This document shows positions 1 through 6,703 of a stretch of 64,000 nt of DNA, piece after piece; the first letter of the stretch is position 1; every line of letters starts with the position of its first letter. Below the pieces are notes generated by a model. That model had not been told where the DNA came from and ran no database searches. It saw only the letters and a program-made list of their open reading frames with translations. The stretch is from Bryobacterales bacterium. Lineage in GTDB: Bacteria > Acidobacteriota > Terriglobia > Bryobacterales > UBA6623. The stretch covers positions 1,839,412 through 1,903,411 of the forward strand of contig CBDDCL010000015.1 in assembly GCA_965226245.1 (NCBI GenBank), given 5' to 3'. Position numbers and translations under genes: made by a program.

Positions 1-2020
1 ACTCGAATTCCTCGCCGTTCCAGGTGAAGATCATTGGACACGAACCCGACAGGCGCGGTTTCTCTTCGTACTCGTGCGCTTGATTGACCGCCTGCCGGGA
101 TTCGTTTTGGATCAGCCCGTTGGGCCAGGTGATCCGCACCGTGTCGATGCTCGTTGCTCCGCCCAGCCCAAACGACAGCGGGACGCCCTGATACACCTGC
201 TTGCGGTAGACGCGCCCCGCTTTGACCTCGACCCGCGCGCCCTCGGTCAAGATGTTGTTCTTGACGCCTTTGAGCGCGATGCCGGCGTAGCTGTTCCCCC
301 CGGAGGTCTTGTTCAGGAGCAGGCTGAGTTTCCCGGAAGCGTCCAGCGCGGCGACGTCGGCCTTGCCGTCGGAGTTGAAGTCGGCCGCCGCCGCGAATGC
401 CAGGCCGCCGGGCAGCCCCAGCGCTTCCGTCCGCTCAAATGCGAAGCGCCCGCGGTTGGCCATCACGCCTTGCGGCGTAACGGCGTCCACCCAGCCGCGG
501 TTTTGGAAATCCGCCCAGGCCAGCGCCGCCGGCAAGACAGCCCCTGCTTTCAGGACGCCCTCGTTGTTTCGCAGGAGCTGGGTTTCTTTTTGCGGCCCGC
601 TGCCGCGCGTCAGCGCCACGTCCAGGAAGCCGTCATGGTCGGCGTCCACAACCTCGAGACGAACCGCGCCTTCGCCCGGCACAATCCCCGGAATCCTGGA
701 CGCCCGAAACTGGCCTACTTTGCGGTCCTCGTAGAGGATCACCTTGTCTCGGTAAGCGACGACAATATTGAAACTGTTGTTCTCCCAAAGCTCCAGTGAC
801 ACGGCCGCCAGCCCCTCCGAGCCCTTCTCAAACGGGAATGACGCGGTTACGTCGGAAAAGCTGCCGTCGCCGTTGTTGCGAATCAGGGCCTGGTCTTGCC
901 CGCTGAGCAGCAGGTCGAGGTCGTAGTCGTGGTCATAGTCGACCCATAAGCAAGTGTTGAAGTCTCCCACGGCGACGGTGTGCTCATTACCCAGCAACCT
1001 GCGTCCCTCGGCATCGCCCGAACGCGCCCCGCCCTCGAACTTCAAATCCAGCACTTGAACACCGCCCGCTTGAACCAGGCAAAGGTCGGCCGTCCCGTCG
1101 TTGTTGTGGTCGCCCGGCGCCACATGGCGAATCTCCGCGCCCGCCCCGCCTGCTGCCGCATCGTTCGGGAGCGAATACACAATGCGGTTCTTAGACCACG
1201 CGACGAGATGCGGAGGACCGGCATCAGCCCCGAAGTTCACCAGCGCCAGCCCCAGCGGTTCTTCCCCCAAGTCGATGCCAGTCGCCTCGGCTTCAAACTC
1301 GACTCTCGCCGCTTCATCGGCCGCCGGTCCCGCCGCCACCGGGTCGTGCAGTTCGGAATAGAAGCTCCAATTGATGTCTTCTCCCGCCGCCGAGCCTTCG
1401 GTCAGCTCTTTGATTTCGCGGAAACGATCGAGGTGCGCGCGCGCGCGATCCATGTCGACGCGCCGCAGCGTGTTGTAGAGCTGAAAACGCGGCGCGGCAA
1501 GGCTGGGATCGAGTTCAGCGGTCAGTTCGAACTCGGTGATCGCTCTCTCGATATTATCCTGGAGCTTGTAGAGCACACCAAGGTTGTAATGCGTCTTGGG
1601 CTCGTCCGGGACGAGTCTCGCCATCTGTTCGAGTTCACGGACGGCACGCTCCACTTCGTTGCGTTTCTTAAATTCGATCCCGAGATTGAAGTAGGTGTGG
1701 GGCAGTGAGGGATCGATCACCTGCGCCTTTTCGACTTCAGCGATCCCCTCTTCCGCCTGACCCGCGCGCAAAAGCGACAACCCGTAGTTGAGATGTTCCT
1801 GAGCCGAGCCCGGGTTCAGCTCCAGCGCTTCGCGCAGCACGTCAACCGCCTGTGTCTGCGTGCCGGGGTTTTCATACATCGCCTTGCCCAGGTTGCGCAG
1901 CTCCTGCAACCGCTGGGCCGTCTCGGGGTCCATCTGAAGCGCCGATGGCTGTGTGGTAAATACAACAATGCCGGCGATCAACGCCAGCGATAGGAAAGCT
2001 GCGACGAATCCTTTGCTCAT
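1..2020 (-). CDS. Secreted ASPIC/UnbV-family protein (signal peptide, TPR repeats, FG-GAP/VCBS-like repeats, UnbV_ASPIC C-terminal region); 3' end lies beyond the window
   Basis: Own minus-strand translation from ATG at 2020-2018: MSKGFVAAFLSLALIAGIVVF..., TPR-like HYNLGVLYKLQDNIERAI, DFNSDGKADVAALD, ...SIDTVRITWPNGLIQNE...SCPMIFTWNGEEFE. The frame is open to position 1, so it is absent from the ORF track. The + strand ORFs 74-799 and 980-1708 are its antisense shadows. Confidence 0.8.
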   Translation of the reverse strand, partial: MSKGFVAAFLSLALIAGIVVFTTQPSALQMDPETAQRLQELRNLGKAMYENPGTQTQAVDVLREALELNPGSAQEHLNYGLSLLRAGQAEEGIAEVEKAQVIDPSLPHTYFNLGIEFKKRNEVERAVRELEQMARLVPDEPKTHYNLGVLYKLQDNIERAITEFELTAELDPSLAAPRFQLYNTLRRVDMDRARAHLDRFREIKELTEGSAAGEDINWSFYSELHDPVAAGPAADEAARVEFEAEATGIDLGEEPLGLALVNFGADAGPPHLVAWSKNRIVYSLPNDAAAGGAGAEIRHVAPGDHNNDGTADLCLVQAGGVQVLDLKFEGGARSGDAEGRRLLGNEHTVAVGDFNTCLWVDYDHDYDLDLLLSGQDQALIRNNGDGSFSDVTASFPFEKGSEGLAAVSLELWENNSFNIVVAYRDKVILYEDRKVGQFRASRIPGIVPGEGAVRLEVVDADHDGFLDVALTRGSGPQKETQLLRNNEGVLKAGAVLPAALAWADFQNRGWVDAVTPQGVMANRGRFAFERTEALGLPGGLAFAAAADFNSDGKADVAALDASGKLSLLLNKTSGGNSYAGIALKGVKNNILTEGARVEVKAGRVYRKQVYQGVPLSFGLGGATSIDTVRITWPNGLIQNESRQAVNQAHEYEEKPRLSGSCPMIFTWNGEEFE

Positions 2021-2055
2021 GTTTGTGTAGGAGAATCCATCGTACCGGATTTTAG

Positions 2056-2177
2056 AAGACGTTGATCTGTTGAGCCGTTGAGCCGTTGAGCCGCGTTTCT
2101 CGTTTAAGCTGTTCTGGAGAACGTTGAAACACGGCTCAACGGCTCAACAGCTCAACAGCTCAACAGCTCAACGTCTT
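2056..2177. repeat. Imperfect inverted repeat built from tandem 8-bp units: left arm 2056-2093 with 3 units, right arm 2132-2177 with 5 units, 38-nt spacer
   Basis: Read directly: aagacgttgatctgttgagccgttgagccgttgagccg ... cggctcaacggctcaacagctcaacagctcaacagctcaacgtctt. Lies in the divergent intergenic region between the 1-2020(-) and 2262(+) genes. Confidence 0.85.
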
Positions 2178-2210
2178 ATCATTTAAGCTATTCTGGAGAA
2201 CGCTGAAACA
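2103..2210. promoter_or_regulatory. Duplicated 29-bp box TTTAAGCTrTTCTGGAGAACGyTGAAACA (2103-2131 and 2182-2210) with near-palindromic TTCTGGAGAA core; candidate operator pair
   Basis: Two near-identical copies read directly, one in the loop of the 8-mer inverted repeat and one just after its right arm, 52 bp upstream of the DJ-1/PfpI start. Confidence 0.35.
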
Positions 2211-2261
2211 GCCCAATACCGCAGCCGTTGGGTACAAATACCACCAAAGGGAGGTCAAAAA

Positions 2262-2858
2262 ATGTCCAAGGTCTTGATTCCGGTCGGAGACGCCATCGAA
2301 GCCGTCGATACCCTATACCCGTTTTTCCGGGTCCAAGAAGATGGTTTCGAAGCTGTCGTCGCCGGACCCGAAGCACGCGTCTACAACATGGTGATGCACG
2401 AAGTCCCGCCCGGATGGGATCTTACGCGAGAAGGGCCGAGCTATCACATTGAAGCGACGATCGCGTTCCGCGACGTCAATCCGGAAGACTATGACGGGCT
2501 ATTCGTGTCGGGCGGGCGGGCCCCCGAATATTTGCGTTACAACCAAGATCTGCTGCGCATCGTGCGGCATTTCTTTGACGAGGAAAAGCCCGTTGCCTGT
2601 GTTTGCCACGGTGTCGAGATTGTCGCGGCAGCCGATGTCATTCGCGGAAAGAAAATGGCCACCGTACCCAAATGCCAGTTGGACGTCGAGTTTTCCGGCG
2701 GAACCTTCGTCGATGAGGGTTGCGTGATGGCGGGGAACATGGTCAGCAGCCGCACCTGGCACGACCATCATCTCTACATGCCCACGTTCATGCGGATGCT
2801 CAACAACTATCGAGCCGCCAAAGAGACAGCGGCGATACCGTCGAGCGTCGCGACCTAG
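2262..2858 (+). CDS. DJ-1/PfpI family protein (class I glutamine amidotransferase-like)
   Basis: 198-aa ORF preceded by the SD-like sequence aagggagg. Nucleophile elbow PVACVCHGVEIV and the overall DJ-1/PfpI pattern (GLFVSGGRAPEYL). Confidence 0.9.
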   Translation: MSKVLIPVGDAIEAVDTLYPFFRVQEDGFEAVVAGPEARVYNMVMHEVPPGWDLTREGPSYHIEATIAFRDVNPEDYDGLFVSGGRAPEYLRYNQDLLRIVRHFFDEEKPVACVCHGVEIVAAADVIRGKKMATVPKCQLDVEFSGGTFVDEGCVMAGNMVSSRTWHDHHLYMPTFMRMLNNYRAAKETAAIPSSVAT

Positions 2859-2859
2859 A

Positions 2860-2880
2860 CTAGCAGCCCGTGGTGCAAGT
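2860..2880. repeat. 21-nt copy (CTAGCAGCCCGTGGTGCAAGT) of the left arm of the 37777-37932 hairpin
   Basis: Identical 21-mer at 2860-2880 and 37777-37797. Here it starts 2 nt after the DJ-1 stop codon. Confidence 0.7.
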
Positions 2881-2922
2881 GGGTTCGGTGAAAAGTGAGG
2901 ACTGTCAGAGTTGCTCGGTGAG

Positions 2923-3020
2923 AGCCTTGAGCCGCGAAGCGGCGCCGGATCGTAGCCCATGGGTGGAGCGAAGCGGAACCCTGGGTCCAAAACCCCTCGA
3001 GGCGAAAGCCCCGCAAGGGG
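2923..3020. repeat. R-family repeat copy R1 (about 100 bp, chain of five short hairpins; BIME/REP-like)
   Basis: agccttgagccgcgaagcggcgccggatcgtagcccatgggtggagcgaagcggaaccctgggtcc.aaacccctcgagg..aagccccgcaagggg is nearly identical to 11621-11720 and 42004-42099. Confidence 0.8.
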
Positions 3021-3377
3021 CGCAGGAAAACAAGCGCATGATTCTGACAACCGATCCGCCATGTGCCCAAAGAAATCCCGCAAGCGTGCGCGGCGGGCGG
3101 CGTCTGACCCGCCTCCCAACCGGCGAACGGAAAGGCTGGCCACTCGAAAGTGTCAGGGCAGAGCTGTCCCACGACCGCGTCCACGCTCGCGACTGTAAGG
3201 ACTGCGAGGGTGATCTCGACAGCGCGCAGCGAGAGCGGCTAGCGTACATCGCGACCCGCTGCCCAGTGCGCAAGACACTGGCGGCAGGGCCTCATATTAC
3301 AGATGAGGTTATTTAAATAAACGACTTCATTTACCGGTCGTAGCTATGGCAATCGGGTGACCGCTTGCTTACGCGCG

Positions 3378-3411
3378 CGGCTCAACGGATCACCGGCTCA
3401 ACAGCTCAACG
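3378..3411. repeat. Third array of the 8-bp unit (CGGCTCAA CGGATCAC CGGCTCAA CAGCTCAA)
   Basis: Read directly. It overlaps the stop codon of the 3406-4545(-) gene. Confidence 0.7.
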
Positions 3412-4545
3412 TATGAGCCCTTCTCCGAGCCGCACTAAATCCTCGTCGTCGTTGAAAAAGTGAGGGGAGACTCGCAGGTTGCCTTTCCGCGCCGCCACGG
3501 CGATGCGCCGATCGCGCAGCCGAACCGCCAGCGCCGAGACGTCAACGCCAGGGAACTGCGCCGTCACAATCGGTGAATCGTAGTGAGGATGCTCATCGCT
3601 TGCCAGCCGTCCTCCGCGGGAGCGAAGGACCTCCCGCGTTGTCTCCGCGAGTTGCTGGACACGCCTCTCAATCGCCGCCGGGCCGATCGAATGAATTAGA
3701 TCCAGGACCGCTCCCATGGCGAAGATGCCGCTGAAGTTCTGTATCCCGCCTTCGTACTTGATCGCGCTCGGCGGCAGCTCCGGGACGCCGTGATGCAACT
3801 GGTCGACATCACGCCAGTTCTTGTGACTGCGCCAGCTATAGAGGCTCGGCTTTAGCCACTCCCTTACCCGCGGAGCGACATAAGCGAACCCGATTCCGGT
3901 TGGCGAAAGCATCCACTTGTAGGCGTGCACGACCAGGAAATCGATCGCCGCTGCCTGAACGTCAATCTGCAGCGCCCCGACGCTTTGCGTTCCATCCACG
4001 TAAAAAAGGACGTCTCTCTTTCGCAGCTCGAGGCCGATTGCTTCGATTGGCGGACGAAGCCCAGTGGAGTAGTTCACGGTACTCATCAAGACCAGCCGCG
4101 TTCGTGGCGCCAGCGTCTCGAAAAAACGATCCAGCGAAAAGCGGCCACCCGACAGTTCAAGCTCCGTCAGTGAAACGCCGCCGCTCCCGAGCACTTTGGG
4201 GTAGTAAAGATTGTTGGGAAATTCGTGAGTGAGGGTGACAATTTCATCGCCCGATTTCCAGTCGATTCCGCCGATGAGCCACCCGAGCGCCGCTCCGGCG
4301 TTTGGAATGAATGCAATGTCATCGGCCCCGGCCCCTACAAGTTTCGCGGCTCCCGCCCGCACGACATCCGCTTGGGTATACCAGTCGAGAAAGCCGAGCG
4401 AAGCTGTCTCATCACGGTTCCGGAGGTGCGCCGCCGCCGCTTCCGCCGCGCACAACGGGACCGGCCCAAACGTCGCCGTATTGAGGTAGACCCAATCCTT
4501 CAGGACCGGAAACTGCTCCCGCAGCCGTTGCCATTCGGTAGACAT
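3406..4545 (-). CDS. Aminotransferase class V-fold PLP-dependent enzyme (cysteine desulfurase/epimerase-like)
   Basis: 379-aa ORF with PLP-lysine context VVHAYKWMLSPTGIGFAYV and N-terminal YLNTATFGP typical of class V aminotransferases. Confidence 0.85.
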   Translation of the reverse strand: MSTEWQRLREQFPVLKDWVYLNTATFGPVPLCAAEAAAAHLRNRDETASLGFLDWYTQADVVRAGAAKLVGAGADDIAFIPNAGAALGWLIGGIDWKSGDEIVTLTHEFPNNLYYPKVLGSGGVSLTELELSGGRFSLDRFFETLAPRTRLVLMSTVNYSTGLRPPIEAIGLELRKRDVLFYVDGTQSVGALQIDVQAAAIDFLVVHAYKWMLSPTGIGFAYVAPRVREWLKPSLYSWRSHKNWRDVDQLHHGVPELPPSAIKYEGGIQNFSGIFAMGAVLDLIHSIGPAAIERRVQQLAETTREVLRSRGGRLASDEHPHYDSPIVTAQFPGVDVSALAVRLRDRRIAVAARKGNLRVSPHFFNDDEDLVRLGEGLIR

Positions 4546-4570
4546 TGTCTTAGGCGCTTACCGCCTCCAC

Positions 4571-4590
4571 ATCGACAAAAAATTGTCGAT
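4571..4590. promoter_or_regulatory. Perfect palindrome ATCGACAA-AAAA-TTGTCGAT 26 bp upstream of the aminotransferase start; candidate operator
   Basis: Read directly. Position relative to the start codon at 4545. Confidence 0.3.
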
Positions 4591-5056
4591 GTTGCTGCAA
4601 GTCATTTGTTTTCAACTGCCCCGAAGGGGCCACTTTTTCGGAGCGCAGTCTCCGAAAAAGCCTGGATTCTAGCCCGCCGATCTTGAGGGTTTTGTTCGCG
4701 GAAACGGTCGCATGACGAAGCGGACGAGGCGCTGTCCGGAAGAAGGGAAGGACTAATCAACACCCACCGGGGGCGCAAGCCCTGCGGCTAATTAACGCCA
4801 AGGGCCAATATTAGCACCAGCACAGCGCGAACGTCCCACGAACCAAATCTCAAATACCTTTGGGTAGCCTTAGCTTATCGATGCCGCAACCAGACACGGC
4901 GCCGGGAGCTAGCCCAGGGTTAGCCCGAGGGTTAGCCCCAATTCTCTTCACTTACTGACTTTCGCAAATTACGGTGATACGTTCCGCGCTCGATGGGTAG
5001 GGGCACAGCGTGCTGTGCCCATCTGCAAGCGTCACTATATTTTGCGAAACTTGGTA

Positions 5057-5190
5057 GAGCCGTTGAGCCACGTTCACGTGGCTTGGTCTCCTTTAGGCCG
5101 GTCCTTTTAGGGCCGGTTGAACAGCCCTCGCGAAGTTGCTCCTCAGCCCGTTTCAACGGGCTTTCATTCCGCCCCCTGATCACGACCGTC
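5057..5190. repeat. Left arm of a long (~134 bp) inverted repeat pair
   Basis: gagccgttgagccacgttcacgtggcttggtctcctttaggccggtcc...cagcccgtttcaacgggctttcattccgcc...gatcacgaccgtc. Its reverse complement recurs at 5888-6018 with only a few mismatches or indels. Confidence 0.85.
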
Positions 5191-5667
5191 CCCCGGCAAC
5201 TGCCTAGGGCGCGTCGCCCCGAGGTGGCGCGCGCCTCCTGGCGGGCAGCGTCGGCCTCCGGGCCGGCGTCGCCCCGGCACAGTCCCGTCAGCCGGGGCGC
5301 CTAGCGTGGAGGCGTCCCCCGTGAAAGTGATGGAACCGGCCATCGCTTCCCCAAAAACGGGTCACGTTATTGCAAGACTTTTATTCCCTTTCAAGTCATA
5401 CGTTTAAAGAAATCCACTCCTAATTCCCCGCCGACCACCTGCTGATCTGAATATGTGAGACCGCTCCGCGACTTTCTAGGACCGTTGAGCCCCGCGCCTC
5501 CCGCGCGTGGTCCGGGGAAGTCGTTTCCCGTGGCCTCCAATCCGTATTCGCGATGCCAGAACGTCCAGAGATCCTGGCTGGAACAACAAAAACACACGAT
5601 TCAGGACCCAAAAGGGTCAAATCACCAGGGAGTCTGCCATGGGCCGCCGCGACCCTTTGGAGTCAAG

Positions 5668-5824
5668 CCACTGAAAACAAAAACACTATCCGTCGACACC
5701 AACTACGAGAAGCAAAAAACGCCGACAAGTCCAGTATATGTGCCATTCTCTGCCATTCTCTGCCATTTCATGGAGAAACTTTATAAAATCTTATGCCCCA
5801 ACCGACAACCTCTTTCGTTTCAAC
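5668..5824. repeat. AT-rich conserved module, copy A (CCACTGAAAACAAAAACACTAT ... TGCCATTCTC x3 ... GAAACTTTATAAAA ... CAACCTCTTTCGTTTC)
   Basis: Homologous to 32657-32804 and 60738-60892. On the minus strand it has TTGTCG (5808-5803), a 17-nt spacer and TATAAA (5785-5780). Decamers at 5741-5770. Confidence 0.8.
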
Positions 5825-5887
5825 AACTCTATTTAGACTCTCGCGGTTGCGGGCAGTGCCGGCGCGCCCTTTCGCAGTTGCCGCGAG

Positions 5888-6018
5888 ACGGTCGTGATCA
5901 GGGCGGAATGAAAGCCCGTTGAAACGGGCTGAGGAACAACTTCGGGGGGCTGTTCAACCGGCCCTAAAAGGACCGGCCTAAAAGGAGACCAAGCCACGTG
6001 AACGTGGCTCAACGGCTC
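5888..6018. repeat. Right arm of the long inverted repeat pair
   Basis: gacggtcgtgatcagggcggaatgaaagcccgttgaaacgggctg...gagaccaagccacgtgaacgtggctcaacggctc is the reverse complement of 5057-5190. Confidence 0.85.
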
Positions 6019-6330
6019 CTAGCGGGACTCGTCCTTCCGAAGAGCATCGAGGCCACCCGTTTTCAGGGTGTCATCGTCGCCTACGGATTTGTGGCCGGCC
6101 TCGAAGTCACCTTCAATATCTATGAGTTCTTCGCCGCCCAGAAGCAATTGCGTGGTTCAATGGCAGCGGACCCGAAGGACCTGGAGTGGGGACTGCGGCA
6201 AGTTCGCGCGGGGCGAATCAAGCCGGCTGTCGGCCGTACGCTGCCGCTACGGCAGGCGGCCGAAGCGCATCGGCTGATAGCGTCAAACCAAATTGCCGGC
6301 AACATTGTGTTGCTGCCGTGGGAGAACTGA
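6019..6330 (+). pseudogene. C-terminal fragment of a zinc-type alcohol dehydrogenase/quinone oxidoreductase (MDR family); 5' part missing
   Basis: Only about 100 aa remain: ...GVIVAYGFVAGLEVTFNIYEFF...RAGRIKPAVGRTLPLRQAAEAHRLIASNQIAGNIVLLP, the typical MDR C-terminus. The upstream sequence is the inverted-repeat element, not the Rossmann or catalytic domain. Confidence 0.55.
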
Positions 6331-6430
6331 TGAGAGCCCAGAATCGCTGGGCGGGATCACCGGAGGGCTGTCTGTCTGGTTCAAGAGCAGGCGGGCAGGC
6401 TCTTCGAAATAGAAGTCCAGGAGGTAAACC

Positions 6431-6535
6431 ATGAAAAGCTTTATCAAGTTCAACCTGGGGCTGATGAGATCGCCCCTTCAAGTGCGGCTCTGGCTCGTGC
6501 TGTTGCGTCACCGAATCTCGTTACACCTTTTCTAA
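6431..6535 (+). CDS. Small ORF (34 aa, MKSFIKFNLGLMRSPLQVRLWLVLLRHRISLHLF) with a strong SD; possibly an N-terminal gene fragment
   Basis: aggagg sits 6 nt upstream of the ATG at 6431. Below the ORF-track size cutoff. No family recognised. Confidence 0.3.
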   Translation: MKSFIKFNLGLMRSPLQVRLWLVLLRHRISLHLF

Positions 6536-6703
6536 TTGTCTGTTCGGGAACCCAGCAGCCGTTGCCGATACCCCAGTTGGTTTCGGATCTACGTCAAACC
6601 GCAAGTAACCGGCTCGTATGTTTGTCAGAATGGTTGTCGGCGGCTCGCTTAGGTCGTCTGTCTCCTGGATAGCATTCTCGCCCGCCGTTCTGGGACCATC
6701 AAT

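Larger units (their letters stand above)
5057..6018. mobile_element. Candidate non-autonomous (MITE-like) 962-bp unit bounded by the ~134-bp inverted repeats; no credible ORF inside
   Basis: Long terminal inverted repeats. The interior carries the AT-rich A-module and other dispersed repeat pieces. The right end abuts a 5'-truncated oxidoreductase gene. No target duplication was identified. Confidence 0.35.

Noticed and set aside
74-1708. Plus-strand ORFs 74-799 and 980-1708
   Set aside because: They are antisense to the clearly recognisable ASPIC/UnbV gene, which is missing from the track only because it runs off the window edge.
2860-3300. Dense GNRA-type loops (GAAA, GCAA, GTAA) suggested a large ribozyme or ORF-less group II intron
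   Set aside because: There is no GTGYG 5' end, no domain V-like 34-nt helix, and no reverse transcriptase or maturase nearby. The best-structured part is the 3-copy R repeat, so the region is better explained as a REP/BIME-like mosaic.
2056-3411. 8-bp tandem arrays considered as a possible CRISPR or minisatellite
   Set aside because: The units are contiguous 8-mers with no spacers, which is far too short for CRISPR repeats. No cas genes are in the window.
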